34,822 nucleotides of DNA from the sequence record SRR22947727_475. The stretch is one strand, 5' to 3'. A model generated the notes under the pieces. The model did no database searches, was not told where the DNA came from, and was given only the letters and a program-made list of their open reading frames with translations. The translations under genes were made by a program, and so were the position numbers. This document shows, one piece after another, positions 26,925 to 34,822 of this stretch. The stretch's first letter is position 1. Every line of letters begins with the position of its first letter.

Positions 26925-27816
26925 AGTACCTGTAGGAGCTTATGTTCCAGGAGATTCATTTTTCCATAAAGCACACCCATTTGTTAAATTTTACTGGGTT
27001 CTTTCATTTGTATTTTTTTGTTTCTTGAATAAGAATCCGTACATAAATTATGCATTGACTGCTATAGGATTAATTTTTGTCGTTCTTGCAAAAACTTTTC
27101 CCAGCTACATAAGATCAATGGTTATATTTGGACCAGCTGCTTTTGCTATGATTTTCTTGCAGTCTATTGTACCCCCTGCAGTTTTTGATAACCCCCAGTA
27201 CTTGGCAGATTTAGGACCCTTTTCACTCTATACAGAGTCAATAATTTATGGAATGGTGTTTAGTAGTAGAATTTTGTGTATTTGTACTTGGTCTATATTG
27301 ATGCTGATGACTCTGCATCCCGGAGAACTATCATCAGCGCTTCAGAGAGCCAAGGTACCATACACCGTAAACTTTATGATTACCACGACTCTGCAGTTAA
27401 TTCCTATCCTTCAAAGGGAATTTGGAATAATTTTATCTGCTCAGAAGTCAAGAGCAATGAAAGCTCAAGGATTTAAAGCATTACTACCAAGTATCATTCC
27501 TGTTTTTGCCGGTGCTATTGATAGAGTTCAGCAATTATCTATGAGTTTAGAGACAAGAGCATTTGGATCAGAGAATGAAAGAACTCTCTTGAGATACAAA
27601 ACATTTACAAGCAAAGAAATTGCTCTATCAATTGCAGCTTTAGTTCCAGTTGGTTTAAGCATTTATGGAAGGATTAGTTTAAATGGTTTTGCACCTAGCG
27701 GGGGATTTACGTTATCCCCACAAGTAGGAGTATTCCTTGTTGGGTTTTGTGGTCTTGCATTTCTTTCAATAATCTTTGGTGCTGGAATAGCGATAAGACT
27801 TTTTGGCAAAAAGTAA
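26917..27816 (+). CDS. ECF transporter transmembrane T component
   Basis: YVPGDSFFHKAHP.VK and two coupling Arg motifs (AQKSRA, LETRAF). Confidence 0.92.
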   Translation: MARVPVGAYVPGDSFFHKAHPFVKFYWVLSFVFFCFLNKNPYINYALTAIGLIFVVLAKTFPSYIRSMVIFGPAAFAMIFLQSIVPPAVFDNPQYLADLGPFSLYTESIIYGMVFSSRILCICTWSILMLMTLHPGELSSALQRAKVPYTVNFMITTTLQLIPILQREFGIILSAQKSRAMKAQGFKALLPSIIPVFAGAIDRVQQLSMSLETRAFGSENERTLLRYKTFTSKEIALSIAALVPVGLSIYGRISLNGFAPSGGFTLSPQVGVFLVGFCGLAFLSIIFGAGIAIRLFGKK

Positions 27817-27825
27817 TAAACTTAA

Positions 27826-29100
27826 TTGATTAATACTCAAGATTTTATTAAAAAAAATTATGTATTCAATTACTGTATGTTCATATTTGATGCAATCGGA
27901 TTTGGATCAGCGTTTGCATTATTAATTCCAGGAAGTTATTTGCCAGATGTAGCAATAGCTATTTCTGACAAATGGTATACACCTTCATTAATTGTAATTA
28001 TTTTTTATGCGGTAGGTATTTTTTCACAATTTCTCACATCTGCAAGAAGAAATAAAGAGCAAGACTCAAAAAGAGGAGTCATTTTCTGGGGTATTTGCGA
28101 GAGAATTGGAATAATTGTTTTAGCCTTAACTTTAAGCAGCTATTCAAAAACTGATATGGGATTTATTTTTTTTGTTGTAGCGTATATAGTTTTTGTATTT
28201 AGCGCTGGTGCAATTCTTCCTTCATATTTTGACCTTGTTTCTCGTGTACTTTATAAATTTCGATCGGTATTTTTTGCATTAAATTTAACTTTTGGCTCCG
28301 CTGCAGGCTATTTAGTTTCTAGATATGTTGATTTTAAAATATTAGAAAACGGCTTAATAGAAGGTTATTTATCCGGACTAATTCTGGTAATAGCTGTTAC
28401 CTCTCTCTCTATGATCCCTCTTTTCTTAATTCGAGAACCTCAAACGGGTAATAAGCCTACAACAAAACTTTCAATAACCTCATTAAGTGCTCAGATAAAG
28501 GTGTGGAAAGAAACTTATAAAAATAATGTAGGTTTGAATGCGGTCTCCTTATCTAACTTTTTTAGTGCCGTACCAGAGGCGATTACTCCATTTTTTAGTA
28601 TTTGGTTAATTAGTTTTCACAACATACCAACAAACAGATTAGGTATGTGGGTGACATTTTTATTATTAAGTCAAAGCATTGGAAGCTTCTTCGTTCCAAT
28701 TATAGGGATCAAAATTGGCTTCAAGTACACATACATACTTGGGCTAGGCATGCACTTTATAGCTAGCGCAATATTTATTCTTACAGATTCAACTTTTCAG
28801 AATCTGATATTTATATTTGCAGGTCTTGGACTTGGGATCTTTAACACCTCGCAAAGTAACTTAGCTGTAGAGTTGGGAGATGTTGGAGATGCCGGCAACA
28901 CTAACGCAATGCTTACTGCTTTCAGAGTTCCAATCTTTATCTCGGTTCCATTATTAGTTGGTTTTTTTAACTCAAGTAGTTCCATTTTTTTAATTTTATT
29001 ATTTTCAATGAGTTCAGCAATCATTGGTATCTTGATAGTCGCTTTTAAATTAACAGATCCTGTTCTACCAAAAGTTAGATTTTGGCTCAAAGATTCTTAA
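27826..29100 (+). CDS. MFS-type transporter
   Basis: 424 aa, about 12 hydrophobic segments in two halves; TTG start 9 nt after ecfT. Confidence 0.78.
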   Translation: MINTQDFIKKNYVFNYCMFIFDAIGFGSAFALLIPGSYLPDVAIAISDKWYTPSLIVIIFYAVGIFSQFLTSARRNKEQDSKRGVIFWGICERIGIIVLALTLSSYSKTDMGFIFFVVAYIVFVFSAGAILPSYFDLVSRVLYKFRSVFFALNLTFGSAAGYLVSRYVDFKILENGLIEGYLSGLILVIAVTSLSMIPLFLIREPQTGNKPTTKLSITSLSAQIKVWKETYKNNVGLNAVSLSNFFSAVPEAITPFFSIWLISFHNIPTNRLGMWVTFLLLSQSIGSFFVPIIGIKIGFKYTYILGLGMHFIASAIFILTDSTFQNLIFIFAGLGLGIFNTSQSNLAVELGDVGDAGNTNAMLTAFRVPIFISVPLLVGFFNSSSSIFLILLFSMSSAIIGILIVAFKLTDPVLPKVRFWLKDS

Positions 29101-29369
29101 TTTCTACCTTTATAAAGAAAGAAAAGTCCACCAGCTAGAACTGTTAATGAAGTGTATAAATAAACTTCAAAAAAGACACAAATTGCTGAAACTAATATGA
29201 GGGAAAATCCTACACGTAAATCACTATTGTAATTTGGAAAATAGTGAAAAATTTTATTCAGTATATGATTTTTATTTTTTGATCTTCGATCGTCTACCAG
29301 GATTAATATAAATACACCAACAAGTGCTGCCAATATGATTAACTGCTCACGTAAAGGTACAACTACCAT
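29097..29369 (-). CDS. Small hypothetical membrane protein
   Basis: 90 aa with about 3 hydrophobic segments; begins 6 nt downstream of the ribokinase stop on the same strand. Confidence 0.6.
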   Translation of the reverse strand: MVVVPLREQLIILAALVGVFILILVDDRRSKNKNHILNKIFHYFPNYNSDLRVGFSLILVSAICVFFEVYLYTSLTVLAGGLFFLYKGRN

Positions 29370-29375
29370 TTCAAC

Positions 29376-30248
29376 TTAAGCCTTATAAGAAGACTGAGTT
29401 CCAGTTCTTGTAACCGAATCGCTTGCTTTTTGTATTCCCAGAGATATTGATTCCTCTGGTGACTCTCCTGAAGCTAGTCCAAAAGCAAAAGCACCAACAA
29501 AAGCATCACCAGCTCCAGTTGTATCAATAGCAGTAACATGCGGAGCTGATATTTTTACCACAGAATTTTCCGAAACCAATGCAGCTCCATTTTCTCCAAG
29601 AGTAACAATTAAATTAGATGAAATTGTATTGGCATAGGAGATTAAGTTTTCATCGTTATAAGCATCCATTCCAGTAATTGTTGAAAACTCAACCTCATTT
29701 GGTACAAACCAATCTGTTAATTGCAGTAATTCATCTGAGGGAATTTTTGCTGGTGCTGGGTTGAGAATTGTTGTAATGTCATTATTTTTTGCAACGGAAA
29801 ACACTTCCTGAGTAACACTCATAGGTATTTCAAATTGGCCAATTAATACATTCAAATTTCCTATTTCTAAAAGTGAAGATGCAGCTTTTTTTGCATCAAT
29901 TTTATCATTTGCTCCAGAGACTACAATTATTCTATTTTGTCCGGACTGGTCAACCCAAATTGGTGCGACACCACTTGAACCATCTACTCTTTGAATATGT
30001 TCTACATTTACACCACATTTGATGTAATTATCAATTGTCATATCTGCATAAACATCATCACCAAGGCATGTAATCATGAAAGTTTCAGCACCTAACAGTC
30101 CAGCCATTACAGCTTGATTGGCACCCTTACCACCAAAACCCATTTGATAAGAATTACCAAAAACAGTTTCTCCGTCTGACGGTATTGTTTCTACGTAGGA
30201 AATTTGGTCAATATTGGAGCTTCCAACTACACATATTTTAGGATTCAT
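29376..30248 (-). CDS. rbsK: Ribokinase (PfkB family)
   Basis: VVGSSNID, GGKGANQA, GQNRI, NPAPA, PNEVE, VTLGENG, DTTGAGDAF. Second ATG (30248) lies 6 nt after a TATAAT. Confidence 0.9.
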   Translation of the reverse strand: MNPKICVVGSSNIDQISYVETIPSDGETVFGNSYQMGFGGKGANQAVMAGLLGAETFMITCLGDDVYADMTIDNYIKCGVNVEHIQRVDGSSGVAPIWVDQSGQNRIIVVSGANDKIDAKKAASSLLEIGNLNVLIGQFEIPMSVTQEVFSVAKNNDITTILNPAPAKIPSDELLQLTDWFVPNEVEFSTITGMDAYNDENLISYANTISSNLIVTLGENGAALVSENSVVKISAPHVTAIDTTGAGDAFVGAFAFGLASGESPEESISLGIQKASDSVTRTGTQSSYKA

Positions 30249-30251
30249 CAT

Positions 30252-30297
30252 TAGATTATATCTTCATGTGAGAATCATTTCTAGTATGATTTAAAAT
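30252..30297. promoter_or_regulatory. Compact divergent promoter pair (rbsK / qng1), both apparently leaderless
   Basis: TATAAT on the minus strand (30255-30260) and TATGAT on the plus strand (30285-30290), each 6-7 nt before an ATG, with no SD. Confidence 0.55.
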
Positions 30298-31281
30298 ATG
30301 GATATTGACTGGGATGCAAGAGTATTAAGTTCCCTTGATCCTGTTGTCAGCAACCTTAAAGAAGTCCAAATAAATAATCAGGAAATTGAAAATGTTGCTG
30401 ATTGGCTTGCATATGAAGAATTTCCCTCGCCTGAAAATAATAAAACACAAAAAAATCCTGAGGAAGTAATTAGAACAACACTTCTTATAAATACTCTTAA
30501 TTTTGCATTTACTGATTTTGAAAAAAGTGTTAAATATGAAATTGAACGTGATGGTTATATTTTTTCAGATAGTGAGGCTATGTTTACACAAATAAATGAG
30601 GCACTTGCATCTGGCGTAAAGCTTTATGATGGTGAGGTACTTTCATCTTTAGACATGGACAAATTGAATAAAATATTTTCTGGAAATATTGAAATGCCAA
30701 TGATGAATGAGAGGTTGGAAATATTAAATGAAGTCGGAGAAAAATTATCCTCTGAATATAAAGGGGATTGGATTAACTTTATAAATCAAGGCCCCAAGAA
30801 ATTGTACAGTAATGGCGAGGGTTTAATTGAAAGATTAATTACAGAATTTCCAAGATTTGATGATAAGACAATCCTTGAAGATGGACATGAAGTTCATTTT
30901 TATAAATTAGCTCAATTGGCTTTTTGGGGAATTCATGGAGAACTTTCTGGAGCAGGCCATTTTGTGGTTGAAGATATGCATAAAATGAGTGCATTTGCAG
31001 ATTACATTGTCCCTGTTGCCCTAGAAGTAATGAAAATTATTACATATTCAGAAGCATTAAATAATAAAATCATGAATGGTGAGATTATAGAGAGGGATTC
31101 ACAAGAAGAGGTTGAAATTAGAGCTGTGAGTTTATACACAACAGCAAAGCTTACTGAAGAAGTTAATAAAAGAAGACCATTAGACAAACAAATAATAATC
31201 CCTCAACTCGATTACAGATTATGGAAACAATATCATGCTACACATAGACCTCATCACCTAACAGTTACAACGATGTACTAA
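30298..31281 (+). CDS. qng1: Queuosine-nucleotide N-glycosylase/hydrolase (Qng1, DUF2419, Q_salvage)
   Basis: LNFAF, FPRFDD, FYKLAQL, FADYIVP (catalytic Asp), EVEIRA, LDYRLW, C-terminal PHH.T.T.Y. Confidence 0.9.
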   Translation: MDIDWDARVLSSLDPVVSNLKEVQINNQEIENVADWLAYEEFPSPENNKTQKNPEEVIRTTLLINTLNFAFTDFEKSVKYEIERDGYIFSDSEAMFTQINEALASGVKLYDGEVLSSLDMDKLNKIFSGNIEMPMMNERLEILNEVGEKLSSEYKGDWINFINQGPKKLYSNGEGLIERLITEFPRFDDKTILEDGHEVHFYKLAQLAFWGIHGELSGAGHFVVEDMHKMSAFADYIVPVALEVMKIITYSEALNNKIMNGEIIERDSQEEVEIRAVSLYTTAKLTEEVNKRRPLDKQIIIPQLDYRLWKQYHATHRPHHLTVTTMY

Positions 31282-31282
31282 T

Positions 31283-32269
31283 TTGAAAAAGTTTATTATA
31301 GACGCAGATACAGGCTCAGATGATGCTGTAGCTATATTATTAGCACTCCAAGATCCTTCAATCGAAATTTTGGGAATATCAGTCGTATCAGGAAATGTTC
31401 CATTACAACAAGGAATTAAAAATACTATTTCAACAATGGACATGACTGGAAAAAAAGTAAAAGTATTTGCTGGTGCGGATAAGCCACTAACAAGAGAGTA
31501 CGAAGAGGTATATGTACTAGAGAAATTTATGGATCATGTTAAATCATTAAAATCTAGCTCTGCAAGTGGTCAGTGTGTTCATGGTATAGACGGAATGGGT
31601 GATATAGGTATAGAGTCTTCGACAGAAGAGTATGAAGAGAAAAATGCAATAGACTTCATAATAGATACAGTTAATGAAAATCCTAATGAGGTAACACTTG
31701 TAACTCTTGGGCCACTAACAAATATAGCTCTAGCAATACAAAAAGATTCATCAATATCAAAAAAAATAAAACATTGTTATGTAATGGGAGGCACCTCTGA
31801 TGGGACAGGTAATGTATCAGCTGCAGCAGAATATAACATCTGGGTGGACCCAGAAGCTGCAAAAATATGCTTTGATTCAGGCATGAATATAACAATGGTG
31901 GGTTGGGACAATTCCTATAAATACGCGATGCTTAAAGAAGAGGAGATTGAAGATTTGAGATCTCTAAACAGTAAGCTAGCTGATTTTTCAGTTGATATTC
32001 AAAAAACACTAATTGACCTAACTTTTACAACCTACGGCTTTCATGGATTTGACTTACCTGATCCCATCACTATGGCTATTGCTTTAGATAATTCAATTAT
32101 TGAAGACTCTGAGCAGTTACACGTAATAGTCGACACTAGAGATGGTATTACTAGAGGACAAACAATAGTTGATTATTTTAACGTAGAAGAAAAAAATCAG
32201 AACATAAGAGTTGTAACAAAGTCAGATAAAGATAAATTTATGAATTTATTAACAAAATCTTTAAAGTAA
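31283..32269 (+). CDS. Nucleoside hydrolase (IU-NH family)
   Basis: DADTGSDDAVA, SGNV, VHGIDG, LGPLTNIA, MGG, AEYNIWVDPEAA, LPDP; starts 1 nt after the qng1 stop. Confidence 0.93.
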   Translation: MKKFIIDADTGSDDAVAILLALQDPSIEILGISVVSGNVPLQQGIKNTISTMDMTGKKVKVFAGADKPLTREYEEVYVLEKFMDHVKSLKSSSASGQCVHGIDGMGDIGIESSTEEYEEKNAIDFIIDTVNENPNEVTLVTLGPLTNIALAIQKDSSISKKIKHCYVMGGTSDGTGNVSAAAEYNIWVDPEAAKICFDSGMNITMVGWDNSYKYAMLKEEEIEDLRSLNSKLADFSVDIQKTLIDLTFTTYGFHGFDLPDPITMAIALDNSIIEDSEQLHVIVDTRDGITRGQTIVDYFNVEEKNQNIRVVTKSDKDKFMNLLTKSLK

Positions 32270-32314
32270 TAAATTAATTTACACCTAAATCGAAAAGGGT
32301 ATAACAATGTGTAA

Positions 32315-33505
32315 GTGCTTAAAGAATCCACTTACAAAACTCTCATAAGCCTTAAAGGTGCAAAAAATCTAATATTTTTTGGATACCTTGGGAGAGCTCC
32401 TTATGCAATGCTCCAAGTGGGTATGGTCATATTTGGAAACTACAAGACTGGTTCTTATGCAGTAGGTGGTGCTATGGCAGCTGGATTCAGCATTTCCAAT
32501 GCTTTAATCCAACCAGTAAATGGCAGATTAGTTGATAAAATTGGCCAAAGAAAAGTTGTAAGTTTTTTACTTGCTGGATTTATCATGACTTCTTTACTCG
32601 TAACCATTGGGGAGTTCGAAAGAGATTTAATCTACATTGTGTTATCAGTTTTTCTAGGAGTTACAGTTCCAAACATTGGAGCATATACGAGAAGAAACTG
32701 GAAAGTAATAACTGAAGAAGCAGACAATCAAAAAGTTCAGGCAATAGAATCTTCAATAGATGAGCTCAACTTTCTAGTAGGTCCATCTGTTTTTGCCACT
32801 GTATCAAACTACTTAAATCCTATAATTGCACTTTATATAGCAATCGTGAGTTCAATAGTGGGAACAATTGGAGTAGTGTTTTCAAGGTCAATTGAAGTTA
32901 CGAACCATCAAAGTCTTAATAATGATAAGACATCTATATGGATTTCAAAAAATAAACTACCTTTATTAACAACGTTAATCTTTGTAGGTGCTTGTTTAAG
33001 TTCAATTTCTGTTTATGTTGTCGCAAAAGAAGATATAGAGAATATTAAAAACCTGACAGCCTTTTATTATTTAATTAATGGCTCAACAGCGCTACTTAGT
33101 GCATTATTTTATGGATATTATTTCAGCAACACGAAGAATTTGAACAAGTACAATATTGTATTTGTCTACCTAGCAATATCAGTTTCTACTTTTTTCTTTT
33201 TCAATACCAAGAATCTAATTTTATCGGCTGGTTTACTAAGCGGTTTCGGTATAGGTCCAATATTTTTACTTGCAAACAGTTATGTGTCAAACGTTACAAA
33301 AAGTAGTACTTTAACGGAGGCTTATTCTTGGCTAGCCAGCTCTGTAGGATTTGGAATCGCCCTAGGTTCTAGTCTTTTTGGTTATGTAATCGAGTCCTAT
33401 TCACTCAGTAGTGCAAAAAATCTTTTCTTAATATTTACGATTATCCCACTTTTTCTTTTACCATTCAATAAGGGATGGCATGCTAAAGAAAAAATTAAAT
33501 CATAA
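32315..33505 (+). CDS. MFS transporter
   Basis: GRLVDKIGQR (motif A), ES.IDE.NF.VGP, TEAYSW; about 12 TM segments. Confidence 0.85.
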   Translation: MLKESTYKTLISLKGAKNLIFFGYLGRAPYAMLQVGMVIFGNYKTGSYAVGGAMAAGFSISNALIQPVNGRLVDKIGQRKVVSFLLAGFIMTSLLVTIGEFERDLIYIVLSVFLGVTVPNIGAYTRRNWKVITEEADNQKVQAIESSIDELNFLVGPSVFATVSNYLNPIIALYIAIVSSIVGTIGVVFSRSIEVTNHQSLNNDKTSIWISKNKLPLLTTLIFVGACLSSISVYVVAKEDIENIKNLTAFYYLINGSTALLSALFYGYYFSNTKNLNKYNIVFVYLAISVSTFFFFNTKNLILSAGLLSGFGIGPIFLLANSYVSNVTKSSTLTEAYSWLASSVGFGIALGSSLFGYVIESYSLSSAKNLFLIFTIIPLFLLPFNKGWHAKEKIKS

Positions 33506-34067
33506 AGTATTAATACTTTCACTTTTTTTTGGTTACTGTTCAATAAATACAATTGCAGATAGTGATATTAAGATAAACAATTGTATTGAGTTAGCTGATG
33601 AAATTGAAAAAATATTTGATGTAATTCAGATTGAAGCTTACGAAAGTGAAATTTATAAAACATACTCTTACGTTGATGCGACAAAACTAGACTATGTTTA
33701 CGAAGCTTTAAGAATTAACAAAATAGGACTTAATGGCCTAGATAGTATTCTTGCCAACTATGAAATTAATAATTCAGATTTACAAAGTCTAATCGATGGC
33801 TTTTATGGAAATTTTGAAGATTCAAAAAATGCTAATACCGCTCTTGAACAACATTTAGTTTCAATCGGAAATAATTGGACAATTCAAGATGAAGTTCAAT
33901 GGTGGGAAGAAAATCAGGAGTACAGCATTAAATTTTGGAGAACCTCTGACGAATATAGAGACCTTTTGTCTTCAAAATCTCAAAACACCCTAACACCAGA
34001 TCCGGATTTTGTTGTCAGCGACAGTTACCCCACAGGTGTTTTAAGAAAATATTGTGGAAGTTTATAG
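33480..34067 (+). CDS. Hypothetical exported/lipoprotein-like helical protein
   Basis: Basic N-terminus and hydrophobic stretch ending in FGYC; acidic body. No family recognised. Confidence 0.6.
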   Translation: MLKKKLNHKVLILSLFFGYCSINTIADSDIKINNCIELADEIEKIFDVIQIEAYESEIYKTYSYVDATKLDYVYEALRINKIGLNGLDSILANYEINNSDLQSLIDGFYGNFEDSKNANTALEQHLVSIGNNWTIQDEVQWWEENQEYSIKFWRTSDEYRDLLSSKSQNTLTPDPDFVVSDSYPTGVLRKYCGSL

Positions 34068-34179
34068 GTCATCAGTCACATAAAAGCTTGTATACGATTA
34101 TGGTGTTTGTTATGGTCTTTAGAACTCAAATAGTTAGCTCCTTATGTAGTTTTGACAAACTTATGGAAATCCGTAGTCA

Positions 34180-34822
34180 ATGACTGATACAATAAAAGGC
34201 TCTTTATGGATGGTTGGCGGAGTTTTCTGCCTCACTTCCATGGCAGTTGCTGGAAAAGAGATTTCACTCCAAATAGATACTTTTGAAATTTTATTTTATA
34301 GAAGTGTAATAGGGGTATCTATTATTTTGTTTTTTCTAATAAAGAAGGACCTACTTCATGAAGTAAACTTAAAAGAGATAAGAACACACCTTAAAAGGAA
34401 TATTGCTCATTTTACTGGTCAAAACCTTTGGCTCTATGCATTGGCATCAATCACTCTTGCTGAAGTTACTTCACTAGAATTTACAATGCCTATCTGGATA
34501 GTATTGTTTTCATACTTAATGCTCAACGAGCAACTAGATAAATATAAAATATTATCTGTGCTCGTAGGGTTTCTTGGTGTGTTAATTACAGTAAGACCAG
34601 ATATTGAAAGCATCAATCTAGGATTAGTCGCCGCAGCAATCTCTGCAATTGTCTTTGCGCTAACGAATATTTATACGAGAAGACTTACAAGAACTGAATC
34701 AACTCTAGCTATTTTATTCTTCTTAACTACGATGCAGTTAATATTCGGTTTAATCACATCTCTTCTAGATGGAGAGTTAGATATACCAACGAACGAAAAT
34801 ATAGCATGGATTATAGTAATTG
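34180..34822 (+). CDS. DMT/EamA-family transporter, 3' end outside the window
   Basis: Reads MTDTIKGSLWMVGGVFCLTSMAVAGKE...TFEILFYRS...LAEVTSLEFTMPIW...GFLGVLITVRP. Missing from the ORF track because there is no stop in the window. Confidence 0.85.
   Translation, partial: MTDTIKGSLWMVGGVFCLTSMAVAGKEISLQIDTFEILFYRSVIGVSIILFFLIKKDLLHEVNLKEIRTHLKRNIAHFTGQNLWLYALASITLAEVTSLEFTMPIWIVLFSYLMLNEQLDKYKILSVLVGFLGVLITVRPDIESINLGLVAAAISAIVFALTNIYTRRLTRTESTLAILFFLTTMQLIFGLITSLLDGELDIPTNENIAWIIVI

Noticed and set aside
31283-32269. Assigning the symbol queK
   Set aside because: The context is suggestive, but QueK-specific residues cannot be verified by eye.
34100-34183. 27-aa ORF (MVFVMVFRTQ...) ATGA-overlapping the DMT gene as a leader peptide
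   Set aside because: No SD, no informative codon run and no attenuator structure; likely chance.
3136-34616. Short ORF-track entries nested in or antisense to longer genes (e.g. 3136-3351, 5563-5784, 8961-9227, 16436-16735, 23039-23407, 24552-24824, 28797-29090, 34434-34616)
   Set aside because: They overlap well-supported genes and have no recognisable motifs or start signals; treated as shadow ORFs.

Overview
AT-rich, gene-dense bacterial DNA. The gene content and many apparently leaderless genes suggest a streamlined actinobacterium such as marine Ca. Actinomarinales (inference). No rRNA, tRNA, CRISPR or mobile element is visible. The left two-thirds mixes housekeeping and accessory genes: NHL-repeat protein, nfo, lysA, aquaporin, CDF transporter, esterase, MFS, a degenerate thymidylate-synthase-like protein, two secreted HEXXH proteins behind a duplicated 195-bp cassette, arsC, Ntn acylase, ceramidase-like protein, trans-sulfuration enzyme, nucleoside deoxyribosyltransferase-family protein and a P450. 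The main result is at 22.5-33.5 kb, which looks like a queuosine/7-deazaguanine scavenging system. Three unannotated preQ1-I-like riboswitch aptamers (one single, one tandem pair able to swap strands) precede a QrtT-type ECF transporter operon. That operon contains two uridine-phosphorylase paralogues with altered base-binding residues and a small membrane protein. Next to it lie ribokinase, Qng1 (DUF2419), a nucleoside hydrolase and MFS transporters. All family calls come from motif recognition by eye; no database search was run.
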